Positions 43,781 through 53,440 are shown, counted from the first letter of the stretch. The stretch: DNA of 64,000 nt from Candidatus Eiseniibacteriota bacterium (GCA_963823555.1 CAWGMA010000002.1:608001-672000); one strand, 5' to 3'. The notes: generated by a model not told the origin, from the sequence alone. Numbers and translations: made by a program.

Positions 43781-43921
43781 CGCCGCGGCATTCACCTCGG
43801 CAACAGGATCGACCACCGAGCGCGCCGCCGAGATTCGGTGGCCCAGTTCACCGTGCAGGTTCTCGGGTCAGATCTACAGCACGCACACCGGGCTGGCCTG
43901 CGATCCCGCCCGATCGCTCGC

Positions 43922-45637
43922 CTATCTCAGCCTGAGGAACTTGATCGCCCCCGGAGCCGATCCATCTCCGCCGAGCCTGGCGAAGTACACACCGGCCGGT
44001 ACCGCCGTGCCGGGCGTCCACACCCATCGTCCCCCGCTCCCCGTGAGCCGATCGACGAGGCGACCTTGCGCGTCGTAGATCTCGAGGATGCGCGGGCCGG
44101 CGCCGGCGAGCGCGAACTCAGCCGCCCAGCGCACGGGGTTCGGGCTCACCACGAGCTGGTCCATGGCGGGAGGTGCCTCGCCCGCGGCCACGTCGGTGGC
44201 ACAGCCGACGGCGAGGGCGCCGATCAACCCGCAGCCCGGTGGGGAGTGGGCGGGTGCACAGGGAGATGCCGGGGCGAGCGCGAAGTCCCCGACCTCCGGC
44301 TCGCAGAAGTCAGGGTCGAGTGAGAAATTCCCGTTCGCTCCGCCCTGGCCTGCGATGCAATCGTCCCAGTCTCCGCCTGCATTGGCGAAGATATCGGTGC
44401 AGGACACGACCGCGGAGCTTACAGCGGAGCAGCGGATGGCGGCGCCCTCCGTGCTCGAGCTGATGATCGAGTTGCTCACGGTCAAGTACGATGGGATCGA
44501 GTTGCCATCCCGACCGACCATGATCCCCGAGCTGTTTCCGGCCATCGTGCAGTGGTCGACCGTCGCCATGGTGTCGTAGAGCTGGAGCGCGCCACCGAAG
44601 GCGGATTCGTTGCCCGTGAACACGCATTCCTCGATCCTCTGCTCGCCGTTGGCGGCGCGACATCCGCCGCCCTCGTCGGCCGCCGAGTTGCCGGTGAAGA
44701 GGCACCGCCGCACGACCATGCTGGGGCCGGCTGAGAGCTCGAGTCCGCCGCCGAACCGAGCCGAGTTCGCGATGAACTCGCAGTCCTCCACGGAGACGGA
44801 GCCCTGGAGGATCCCCGCGCCGCCGTTGTGGGCGACGTTCTCTCGGAAGATGCAGCGGCGGATGGTGACGACCGTGAAGTAGCCCGTGAAGATCGCACCG
44901 GCGATCGTGTCCGAGGTGTTGCCGGTGAAGGTGCATTCCTCGATGAGCGGGTCGGCATGGTCCATGGCCAGGAGCGCTCCGGCAGCGGCCGAGTGGATCT
45001 GGTGCAGGTAGAACACCTGGTTGTTCTCGAAGTGACATCGCAGGAACATCGGTGTTGATGGTGCGTAGCAGGCAACGGCGCCCCCGGCGGCCTGCTGTCC
45101 CTGGACCACGTTGTCGAGGAAGGTGCAGTCCTCGAATCGAGCCGAGGAGCTGATGCAGGCGACGGCGCCGCCGCCGCCGTTGGTCCGGTTCTCGGCGCGG
45201 TTGGAACGGAACACGCAGTCGCGAAAGGTGGGCGCGGAGACGACGAGCAGGGCGCCGCCGCCGGCCCCGTTCAGGCTCAGCGTCCGCGAGTCGCCCCCCT
45301 GGATCGTGAAGCCGGCGATCGTGGTCGCCGCTCCGACCATGAGCAGATTGAACACGCGCCCCGGGAGTCCGCCCTGGCCGAGGGCGGCGTCGATCGTGGT
45401 CGCGCCCGCGCCCTGCTCGGAGACGATGATGCGGTTCTGGCCGTCGAAGTGGAGATCGCGGTTTCCGGGGCCCCAGTAGGTGCCGGGAGCGACGAGGACC
45501 GTGTCGAGCTCCGAGGCGGCGTCGATCCCGGCCTGGATGGTGGGCTGGTCGGCGGGGACGCGTATCGTTGCCGCGGGTGATGTGGTGGCAAAGGCCAGGA
45601 GGAGACCAAGGGCCAGACCGAACCTGCGCAGAAGCAC
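43922..45637 (-). CDS. Secreted right-handed beta-helix protein with short T9SS-like C-terminal domain
   Basis: Signal peptide; ATIRVPADQPTIQAGID; repeated C.F..N...GG units; PNP...IYDAQGRLV...GVYFARL; RBS AAGGAGG before GTG. Confidence 0.85.
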   Translation of the reverse strand: MLLRRFGLALGLLLAFATTSPAATIRVPADQPTIQAGIDAASELDTVLVAPGTYWGPGNRDLHFDGQNRIIVSEQGAGATTIDAALGQGGLPGRVFNLLMVGAATTIAGFTIQGGDSRTLSLNGAGGGALLVVSAPTFRDCVFRSNRAENRTNGGGGAVACISSSARFEDCTFLDNVVQGQQAAGGAVACYAPSTPMFLRCHFENNQVFYLHQIHSAAAGALLAMDHADPLIEECTFTGNTSDTIAGAIFTGYFTVVTIRRCIFRENVAHNGGAGILQGSVSVEDCEFIANSARFGGGLELSAGPSMVVRRCLFTGNSAADEGGGCRAANGEQRIEECVFTGNESAFGGALQLYDTMATVDHCTMAGNSSGIMVGRDGNSIPSYLTVSNSIISSSTEGAAIRCSAVSSAVVSCTDIFANAGGDWDDCIAGQGGANGNFSLDPDFCEPEVGDFALAPASPCAPAHSPPGCGLIGALAVGCATDVAAGEAPPAMDQLVVSPNPVRWAAEFALAGAGPRILEIYDAQGRLVDRLTGSGGRWVWTPGTAVPAGVYFARLGGDGSAPGAIKFLRLR

Positions 45638-45789
45638 GGGAGGACCCTCCTTGAGCGGCGGCGGGAGTAGAGACGCCTCCATTGTATCACTCGCCTGAGA
45701 TGGCCCCATGCTCATGTGCACGCTGGCGAGCCCGCCGTGCCGCCGCGCCGCGGCCGGGAGGGGAAGCCGATCATGGTCGCTGGCGGCGG

Positions 45790-45858
45790 CGAACAGCGGA
45801 AACAAGGCTCCTTGGATGTTTCAGCGGAAACACGTTTCCGGGTGTTCCAGCGGAAACA
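45790..45858. repeat. Second array of (GTT)CAGCGGAAACA palindromic repeats, intergenic
   Basis: Cores CAGCGGAAAC at 45794, 45822 and 45848; the third unit is identical to units at 6181 and 6255. Confidence 0.8.
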
Positions 45859-46015
45859 GGAGGGCAATCCCGGTGGTTGGTCGCGGCCCCGCCGCAGGTG
45901 GTCGGGCCACCCGCTCGTATCGCCAGGGTACCCGCAAGTGCAGGGGTGCGGGTTGCAGATGCGGAATCGTGGTCCGGGTCTACCGGTGCGTGGGTCCGCG
46001 GCGCCAGGCGGCCTC

Positions 46016-46140
46016 GGACATCATCCTCCGCCTCCCGTGAATTCACTCGCGAGATCGACGACTTTCGCAGGATGACATCCGTCGGTGCCTCAGGTTCCGC
46101 CACCAGGACGGGGCGCCGAGATTCGCTGGATCAGTTCACC
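46016..46140. repeat. Dispersed ~125-bp repeat, copy A
   Basis: Manual alignment to 61111-61234 gives about 99/125 identities with one gap. Confidence 0.85.
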
Positions 46141-46262
46141 ATCGGTGCGGGGGACGAAGAGCCCATCGGGGAGGAGGCAGTGAACGTGGGGGTGGAGGTT
46201 GAGGGCGCCGCCGAAGCGCTGGACGAAGGTGACCGCTCCCGACTGCGTTGGCAGCGCGATTG
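46141..46262 (-). mobile_element. IS91-family (HUH/Y2) transposase remnant
   Basis: GAVTFVQRFGGALNLHPHVHCLLPDG motif. Confidence 0.8.
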
Positions 46263-46310
46263 TATTTTCGGACACTACTCCCTACAGAGCTTTCGGGACG
46301 GACAAGTTAC

Positions 46311-48218
46311 TCATGACGATCCTTCGGCTCCGCCGCCGAATTCGCGACGCAGCGACTCCGCATCCCAGGCGGCATCGCGCACGCTGGCGGCTTCCTCGAA
46401 TTGCTCGCTGGCGAGCAAACGCTCTAGCTCGGCGATCATCTCGCGGGCGCGACTGAAGTAGGCGCCCTGGTCGTGGCGCATGGCGGCGAGTTCGCGCAGA
46501 TGCTCCTCGTCGCGGCGTCGGAACAGATCGGCGGCGCGGCGCGCCTGGAGGCCGCGGAGACCGAGAGCACGGAGCGCGTCCACCCCGAGCTGTAGCGAGC
46601 TGTCGAGGGTTTGACGGTATACCTTCTCGACGCCGGCCTCCAGCAGTTCATAGGCATGCACGCGGCCGGTGGCGCGCGCCAGGATCTGTAGGTGCGGGTG
46701 GTGCTGGCGGACAACGCGCACCAAGCGCGAGACCGCCTCGGGATCCTCCAGCGCGATCACGAGCAGCCGGGCCTCGGCCGCGCCCGCCACGCGCAGTAGA
46801 TCGGTGCGCGTGGCATCGCCGTAGTAGACCTTCAGGCCCAGCTTGCGCAGGATCTCCACGCGGTCGCTGTCGTTGTCGAGAACAGTACAGCCCACGCCGT
46901 TGGCCCACAGCAGACGTCCCACCACGTTTCCAAAGTCACCGAAGCCGGCGATGAGCACTGGATTGTGCTGTGGCGCGACGTCGCTCTCGCGATCGTCCAC
47001 CTCGTGGGTGCCGACGTGCGGTTGCAGCACGCGCTCCTGGAAGAGCAGCAGCAGCGGCGTCAGGGCCATGCTCAGCGCCACGACGGCTATCAGGGGCGAG
47101 GCAACGTCTGCCGGCACTACATTGCTCTGGACCGCAAAGGAGAAGAGCACGAAGGCGAACTCGCCACCCTGGGCCAGCGCGAAGGCGAAGAGCAGGTTCT
47201 GGTCGAGGCTCATGCGGAAGAGGTGGCCGAGGACAAACAGCACCACGAACTTCACCAGCAGCAGCGCCCCGACCAGTGCGGCGATCTCTCCCGGCCGCTC
47301 GGCGATGAGGGCGAAGTCGATGGACGCGCCGACAGCGATGAAGAACACGCCGAGGAGCAACCCCTTGAACGGTTCGATGTCGCTCTCGAGCTCGTGGCGA
47401 TACTCGCTGTTGGCGAGCACGACCCCGGCGAGGAAAGTGCCCAGAGCCGGGCTCAGCCCGACCTCGCGCATCAGCAAGGCGATGCCCACGACCAGCAGCA
47501 AGGACGCAGCGGTGAACACCTCGTGGAGGCGAGCCCGCGCGATGAAGCGCAGCGCGGGTCGCACCAGGAAGCGACCGGCGATCACGATCAGGGCGACGGC
47601 GGCGAGCACTGCCAGGGTCTGTCCCCAGGCCGGGAACCCCGCCACCCAGGTGATGGCTTGCGCATGGTGGTCATCGGTGTGATCGCCCGCCGAGGGCAGC
47701 GTTGCCAGCAACGGGAGCAGCGCCAGCAGCGGGATGACGGCAACGTCCTGACAGAGCAGTACCGCAAAGGCGCCCTGCCCACCGTCGGTCTGCAGCTGTC
47801 GCTTCTCGGCGAGGGTCTGCAGCACGATGGCCGTGGAAGACAGCGCCAGGCAGAAGCCGACTGCCACGGCGACCTGCCAGACGAGTCCCGCCGCCAAGCC
47901 GATGCCGGCGACGGCGGCAGCGGTGACCAGGATCTGCAGTCCGCCAAGCCCGAGAATCGGCGTCCGCAGCCGCCAGAGTAGCTGCGGTTGCAACTCGAGG
48001 CCGATGACAAAGAGCATGAGCACGACGCCGAACTCGGCGAAGTGCATGACGTCCTGTCCCTCCGCGCCCACCAGGCCAAGCGCGAACGGACCGATAGCAA
48101 TGCCGCCTAGCAGGTAGCCGAGCACCGAACCGAGACCGAGTCGCTTCGCCAAGGGCACGGCGATCACGGCCGTGGCCAGGTACACGAACGCGGAGACGAA
48201 GAGATCCTGCGCCGCCAT
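46311..48218 (-). CDS. Glutathione-regulated K+ efflux antiporter, KefB/KefC (CPA2) family
   Basis: RLGLGSVLGYL, AEFGVV, SEYRHELESDIEPFKGLLLG and KTN domain YGDATRTDLL. Confidence 0.93.
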   Translation of the reverse strand: MAAQDLFVSAFVYLATAVIAVPLAKRLGLGSVLGYLLGGIAIGPFALGLVGAEGQDVMHFAEFGVVLMLFVIGLELQPQLLWRLRTPILGLGGLQILVTAAAVAGIGLAAGLVWQVAVAVGFCLALSSTAIVLQTLAEKRQLQTDGGQGAFAVLLCQDVAVIPLLALLPLLATLPSAGDHTDDHHAQAITWVAGFPAWGQTLAVLAAVALIVIAGRFLVRPALRFIARARLHEVFTAASLLLVVGIALLMREVGLSPALGTFLAGVVLANSEYRHELESDIEPFKGLLLGVFFIAVGASIDFALIAERPGEIAALVGALLLVKFVVLFVLGHLFRMSLDQNLLFAFALAQGGEFAFVLFSFAVQSNVVPADVASPLIAVVALSMALTPLLLLFQERVLQPHVGTHEVDDRESDVAPQHNPVLIAGFGDFGNVVGRLLWANGVGCTVLDNDSDRVEILRKLGLKVYYGDATRTDLLRVAGAAEARLLVIALEDPEAVSRLVRVVRQHHPHLQILARATGRVHAYELLEAGVEKVYRQTLDSSLQLGVDALRALGLRGLQARRAADLFRRRDEEHLRELAAMRHDQGAYFSRAREMIAELERLLASEQFEEAASVRDAAWDAESLRREFGGGAEGSS

Positions 48219-48220
48219 CG

Positions 48221-48844
48221 TCAGGCCTTCTCGCGCGGGCGCAGGGCACGCTTTAGATCCACGTTGAGGCGTGGCGATGCGGAGACAGCCGCGATGTCCA
48301 CGCGGTCCTCCTGCAGAGCCTCCAGCACCTCCCGGTAGTCGCGGACGTGTCGGGCAATGGCCTCGTCGTCCATCGCGTGGGTGCCGTGCACAACGAACGG
48401 CGGCAGGAATTCCATCCCGCAGAGGCGCGCAGTCTGCTCCAGCGGCGCAAGCAACTGGCGAACGGTGAGGCGATTGGATCCTTGGGCACAGTAGGCCTCC
48501 TCGCGGCCGCCAGTGGTCACCACCTGGAGCCAGCGCTTGCCGCGCAGCGCGGTGCCCTGCGCGCCATAGGCCCAGCCGTGCTCAAGCACGAGGTCCTGCC
48601 ACTCCTTCACGATCGACGGCGTGCTGTACCAGTAGAATGGGTGCTGGCAAACGAAGACATCGTGGGCTAGCAACAGCTCCTGCTCGCGCCGCACGTCGAT
48701 GTCAAGGCGCGGATACATCTCGTAGAGATCGTGGAGGTGAACGTCGGGCAACTCCCGAGGCGCGGCAAGCAGGCGGCTGTTCACGCGCGATCGCTGCAGG
48801 GCGGGGTGCGCGAAGAGCACGAGCACGCGACGCCGCGCCATCAC
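48221..48844 (-). CDS. KefF/KefG-family NAD(P)H oxidoreductase
   Basis: LFAHP...SRVN, HDLYEMYP, QHPFYWYSTP and VLEHGWAYG motifs; adjacent to the kefC-like gene. Confidence 0.93.
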   Translation of the reverse strand: MMARRRVLVLFAHPALQRSRVNSRLLAAPRELPDVHLHDLYEMYPRLDIDVRREQELLLAHDVFVCQHPFYWYSTPSIVKEWQDLVLEHGWAYGAQGTALRGKRWLQVVTTGGREEAYCAQGSNRLTVRQLLAPLEQTARLCGMEFLPPFVVHGTHAMDDEAIARHVRDYREVLEALQEDRVDIAAVSASPRLNVDLKRALRPREKA

Positions 48845-48941
48845 GAGTCCCCCGATTGGATGCGCGTCAGCGTAGTGCCCTCATGGGGGAATGTACGCAG
48901 CATATCGTGCAGGGTGGTCTCCACTGTTTCGTGTTGTCTCC

Positions 48942-49012
48942 TGTCAACCTCAATGGGACCAAGTCGAGGTCTTGGATCAAGGGCCACTCTCATAGTGTAC
49001 TATATGCTGAAC
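48942..49012. repeat. ~70-bp direct repeat, copy 1 (possible mobile-element end)
   Basis: TGTCAACCTCAATGGGACCAAGTCGAGG...GCTGAAC matches 53108-53175. Confidence 0.8.
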
Positions 49013-49084
49013 TCGCGCGGTCGGGTCGTATCGAGCATCCGACGAGGCGAGCCGATGCGCGACAGCTGCCCATCAGGCAGCGCG

Positions 49085-49324
49085 ATCGGCTCCTGCGCAT
49101 AGCGAGTTCGTGTTTTGGGGATGGAGCAGATCATTACCGCGCCGCGTAGTCCCTGGCAGAACCCGTACGTCGAGCGGCTGATCGGCACCCTCCGCCGCGA
49201 GTGCCTCGACCACGTCATCGTGATGAACAAACGGCACCTGATAGGCATTCTCCGGAGCTACTTCCGCTACTACCACGGCTGGCGCACGCACCTGGCTCTC
49301 GACATGGACGCTCCGGAGGGGTGA
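49085..49324 (+). mobile_element. Integrase-core (rve, IS3/IS481-like) transposase remnant
   Basis: TAPRSPWQNPYVERLIGTLRRECLDH...YYHGWRTHLAL. Confidence 0.85.
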
Positions 49325-49374
49325 AGTGGACCATCCACTTCAGCGGACCGCCCGGACCCGTGGTTCCCCCTATG

Positions 49375-49500
49375 AGCGCCAACAACACCGGGGACAGCGC
49401 AGGGCGTCGAGGTGGAACACCCGGCAGAGCAGCTGGGCCCAGGGCAGTGCGCGGCGGCGGCGTGGCAAGGTGGTGGGTGCGGGCGCCGCAAGCGGCGCGG
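49375..49500 (-). mobile_element. IS91-family transposase C-terminal remnant
   Basis: WAQLLCRVFHLDALRCPRC motif. Confidence 0.7.
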
Positions 49501-49950
49501 TCGGAGTGGACTGTCTCCTTCTCGGCCCGGATGTCCCAGTTGATGAGATGCGTCTCCTCGGCAAAGAGGTATCCGCAGAGGTAGCGGATCATGGCCGCCG
49601 AACCACCACCATTGTTGCGAAGATCGAGAATGACCGCGCGGCTGTTGCCAAGAAAGTTCACGGCTGCCGTGGCGGCCGCGAATGCGTCATCGCCATGGGC
49701 GAACCGGTCGAAGCGGAGATAGTCGATCCCTCAGGGAAGGATCTCGGCTTTCACAAGACCGTAGTTGCCAGCACGCAGGATCTTCTCGCGCGCTCGACCT
49801 CGGCCGGATCCGCCTTCTGCTCGGCCGCCTGCAGCTCGCCCGGACGTGCGAACTGCGCGGGGGCGGGTCGGACCTGCATGAGAATGGCGAGGATCGTCAA
49901 GCCGGCACACGGGCCAGCCACGGGCGGGATGCCGTGGATAGGAAGCGCAT
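49500..49950 (-). pseudogene. Truncated S41 peptidase gene
   Basis: RBS GAGGAGG and ATG near 49950; YLRFDRF...AVILDLRNNGGGS; ends at the IS91 remnant. Confidence 0.7.
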
Positions 49951-50103
49951 GGAACCTCCTCGTGGTTCAGGATCTCGCGGCCGGGCCCGGGTCCTTCTTC
50001 CAGGTACACTCCCCGCGCTGCGCGCGTTGCAGGACTCCCCGCCACAAATCGCTTCTGCCCAGCCAGCCTCATTGCCAGGAGAGCGCCAGGGGCTCAAGAC
50101 GGA

Positions 50104-50134
50104 AGGGGCGGCCCCTCAACCGGAAGCCGCCCCT
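50104..50134 (-). terminator. Hairpin downstream of the DUF4397 gene
   Basis: AGGGGCGGC / GCCGCCCCT 9-bp stem; weak U-tract. Confidence 0.45.
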
Positions 50135-50158
50135 CCAGGAACCAGCAGTTCAGACGGA

Positions 50159-50971
50159 CTACTGACTCATCAGATTCTTGATCGATCCCCAGGTCGCCGC
50201 TTCGACCGGGGTGGCTCCCCGCGGGAGTTCGATCACCGTCCCGTCCACCAGAGCCGCAAACAGGCCGAACCCGTACGGGGCGCCCGGCGTCAGATAGCCC
50301 GAGGCGAAGACCACCGCGGCGCCACCGCCGAGACCCGATAGATCCGCCAGGAACGCGGCCACTACGTTACCGGGCATGCCCGCGGGGGTGACCAAGAGCG
50401 TATACATGCTGGGCGGCACCGAGATGTAGTCCATCGAGAATTGCTTGAAGGCCAGATTCTCGAACAGTGGACCGACACCCTCGGCCAGCACATCGACAGA
50501 GGGCGCATCTGGCGCACCGTGGAAAGCGAGGATATCCACGTTGCCGCCCGTGCCCATGGTGCGCAGCATCGGGAAGATCTCGAGATTGAACTCGGTCGAA
50601 ATTCCCTCGGGGTTCATGGGCAGACTGGGATCGAGAACGCCCGAAGCCATGACTACGTACTTCTCGCCAGCCGCGAGTATCACGGGGAAGGTGGCGAGGA
50701 TATCTCCAGGTCCCGTGCTGTTTCCAGGAGCCACGCCGATGTTCAGCATCACGTCGGCCTCCAGAGTCACGAGGCCAGTGGCGGTCCGGAAAGCGAAGTT
50801 GTCGATGGCGAGGCCGTCATTGATATAGATGTCCACTTCAGCCGCCAGGGGATCGGGCGAATTGTGAATGACCTGGACATCCGCCGTCTGCGCAGAGGCC
50901 ATGCTCACCACCAGGAGCATTCCCAACGCGGACAGGGCCAGAGCACGATGGGTATTCATAAGAGCAGTCAT
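50159..50971 (-). CDS. Secreted DUF4397-family protein with C-terminal TWGSIK tail
   Basis: Signal peptide; VQVIHNSPD...VDIY and FHGAPDAPSVDV repeats; tail TPVEAATWGSIKNLMSQ. Confidence 0.85.
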   Translation of the reverse strand: MTALMNTHRALALSALGMLLVVSMASAQTADVQVIHNSPDPLAAEVDIYINDGLAIDNFAFRTATGLVTLEADVMLNIGVAPGNSTGPGDILATFPVILAAGEKYVVMASGVLDPSLPMNPEGISTEFNLEIFPMLRTMGTGGNVDILAFHGAPDAPSVDVLAEGVGPLFENLAFKQFSMDYISVPPSMYTLLVTPAGMPGNVVAAFLADLSGLGGGAAVVFASGYLTPGAPYGFGLFAALVDGTVIELPRGATPVEAATWGSIKNLMSQ

Positions 50972-51441
50972 AGGATTCGCCTCCTCTCAATCATCGGTGT
51001 TGGGCCTGGACGAAGAACGCGACCCGAGCGGCGCGCTCTCAAACCTAGGATGGGAGGCAGGCGCGGGAGTTTCAGTTTGTCGATGTTAATTCTTAGTCAA
51101 GAGCCCATCCAGACATCTATGACTACGCGGCGCCGGTGCCGCCGAGCTGGGACTTCTGGGACGAGGAGGTCGTGGCCGAGCAGGGCCTCGGCATCTTGCC
51201 GACCCTCGGGGTGAGCGCCGAGTTCTATTCTAGCTCTGTCGAAGAGGGGAGCTTCTCACCGGCACCTGATCATTACTTGCCCCGAGCCGCTGGCCGAGCC
51301 ATTCTTATGGGTGAGGATCCTGGCTCAACGGCAGCCGGGAAGCGCCTCGGTTCCCAGCCGGGGCAAGCCGCGGTGCATGCAATCAGCCCTGCCCGGACCA
51401 TGCGAGTCCCGGAGCGGGTCGGGCAGCGGTCGGAGGTCGGG

Positions 51442-53022
51442 ATGCGCACCTCATGCCGCCGTCTTCTCGCCTGGAAGGTACGTTCCCCATCTCTTCCTCT
51501 ACTGCTCGCCGTCGTCGCCGCGGCGTCCATTCCTGTCATGGGTCTCGTGAACCTCTGCATGCCACCGCTGGCAAGTGCAGCCGTCATTCATGTTCCAATC
51601 GACTATCCGACGATATCCGATGCCCTGGGTTCCCTCCAGTTTGCATGGGGGGATACCATCCTGGTGGCTCCTGGCACGTACTACGAGTCGTTGGAAATCC
51701 CCTTTGGTGTCACGCTGCTTGGAAGTGGCGGTCCCCAGGTGACTGTGCTGCACCACGACACGAGAGCTATAACGTGCGAGCAACCCCTGCTAGGCGTTCC
51801 GTTCATCCTTGTTGGATTCACGATACGTGACGCAACTGATACTGCCCTGTCTTGCGGGTTGCATGACCAAGGTGATATCGAGATCAGAGATTGCCGGTTT
51901 GTTGGTAACACGGGGCTTGAGGGTGGTGCGATGACGATCGCCTTTATGGGGTCATCTACTGGTTCAATCCACGTCAGCGACTGCATCTTCGAGGACAATA
52001 CGGCACTCGATTGGGGTGCAGGAATTGCGATTGGAGGTGACGGCATCACCGGCATCATCGAAAACAACCGGTTCACCAGAAACGCAGCCCTCAAGGGAGC
52101 TGCGATCGGCACCAGGGCGATCAATCGTGAGGAATCGCCACCTCCACTGGTCATCAGAGACAACGCATTCATCGAGAATCAGGCAACTGCAGAGGGCGGA
52201 GCGGTAGTGATCATTGGTGGCCGACTGCTGGAGATTTCTGGGAACCTGTTCTCCGACAATTCGGCCGGCACGCATGGTGGTGCAATGGCCCTATTGGGCG
52301 GTGATGCCAGCATTACCGTTCGCGATAACATCGTCCTGCGCAGCGTGGCTGGCCAGATTGGCGGAGGTCTTGCCCTGCTGAATTCCGGAAGCAGTGCCGA
52401 GCAGAACACAATCGATGGCTGCTCAGGCCTTCGCGGGGGCGGCATAGCAGTCTACCAGCCAATGGGTGTCGCTCTGTTCAACAACCTTGTGACCAACTCA
52501 GGGATCGGAAGTGGGATTAGATATGAAGGACCAGGAGGCGGATTCGCCACCGGTTGTAATGACTCTTGGGGTAACGCCGGAGAGGACTTCGAGGGCTTCC
52601 TGCCTTCGAGCGACGACCTTTCTTTGGATCCGCAGTACTGTGCTCCAGAAGTGGAGGACTATGCCCTCAGGGCGACATCGCCATGCGCTCCGCCGCAAGC
52701 CCCTCCTGGATGCGGCCTGATCGGCGCACTGCCCGTGGGGTGTGGAATCACTAGTGTTCCGGAGGCAGGGGCGCCGACGACTCAGTTCTTGACGGTGGCG
52801 CCGAATCCCGCTTGGGGTCGACTCCAGTTCTATCCGGTGTCGCCGATGTCGATGGTGCTCAACATCATCGATTCGCAAGGGCGCATCGTACATCGGATCA
52901 AGCCGATCAACGGGCATTGGGAGTGGTTGCCTGGGCAATCTGTTCCGACTGGGGTCTACTTCGCGCTTCCGGAAGGGGGCGGTCAACAACCAGCACCTGT
53001 CAAGTTCGTCTATCTTCGTTGA
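51442..53022 (+). CDS. Secreted right-handed beta-helix protein, paralogue of 43922..45637
   Basis: AVIHVPIDYPTI; F..N.A..GG repeats; DPQYC...SPCAP..PPGCGLIGALPVGC; PNP...GVYF; visibly lower GC than its neighbours. Confidence 0.82.
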   Translation: MRTSCRRLLAWKVRSPSLPLLLAVVAAASIPVMGLVNLCMPPLASAAVIHVPIDYPTISDALGSLQFAWGDTILVAPGTYYESLEIPFGVTLLGSGGPQVTVLHHDTRAITCEQPLLGVPFILVGFTIRDATDTALSCGLHDQGDIEIRDCRFVGNTGLEGGAMTIAFMGSSTGSIHVSDCIFEDNTALDWGAGIAIGGDGITGIIENNRFTRNAALKGAAIGTRAINREESPPPLVIRDNAFIENQATAEGGAVVIIGGRLLEISGNLFSDNSAGTHGGAMALLGGDASITVRDNIVLRSVAGQIGGGLALLNSGSSAEQNTIDGCSGLRGGGIAVYQPMGVALFNNLVTNSGIGSGIRYEGPGGGFATGCNDSWGNAGEDFEGFLPSSDDLSLDPQYCAPEVEDYALRATSPCAPPQAPPGCGLIGALPVGCGITSVPEAGAPTTQFLTVAPNPAWGRLQFYPVSPMSMVLNIIDSQGRIVHRIKPINGHWEWLPGQSVPTGVYFALPEGGGQQPAPVKFVYLR

Positions 53023-53107
53023 ACAGGCCGGCTCGGAGCACAACACTACGGAGGTGTACGATGAGGAGAGCATTCCAAAGAGCCGGGTCAACTTCAGGCG
53101 TGTTTCG

Positions 53108-53175
53108 TGTCAGCCTCAATGGGACCAAGTCAAGGCCTGAATTAAGAGACACTTCTACACTATTATAGGCTGAAC
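53108..53175. repeat. ~70-bp direct repeat, copy 2
   Basis: TGTCAGCCTCAATGGGACCAAGTCAAGG...GCTGAAC. Confidence 0.8.
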
Positions 53176-53239
53176 CCAGGGGGTGAGCCATGGCCTATGA
53201 ACCCGGTCCCGAAGCCGTCGCTCGCGACGTGTACGTGGT

Positions 53240-53440
53240 GCGCCGACGATCATCCCGACGCACTGCCAGATCTCAGGGTACCTGGGCAGCTCCATGCCCG
53301 CCCAGCGGAAAGGAGCGAGCGGCGCGATCACCACGATCGCTCCCCACATGATGTTGTAGGCGGCGGCGAGATAGAGAACGAGCCGCATCCAGCTCGGGGT
53401 GGTGGTTGGGTCAGGCGGCTGCAAGGTGCTCTCCGGCATC
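53240..53440 (-). pseudogene. Truncated membrane-protein gene resembling the N-terminus of membrane-anchored peroxiredoxin-like proteins
   Basis: WMRLVLYLAAAYNIMWG...YPEIWQCVGMIVG, after which similarity stops. Confidence 0.5.

Noticed and set aside
49935..49950. IS91 oriIS-like 'TTCCTATCC' on the minus strand
   Set aside because: It coincides with the first codons of the S41 pseudogene behind a good RBS, so it is probably chance
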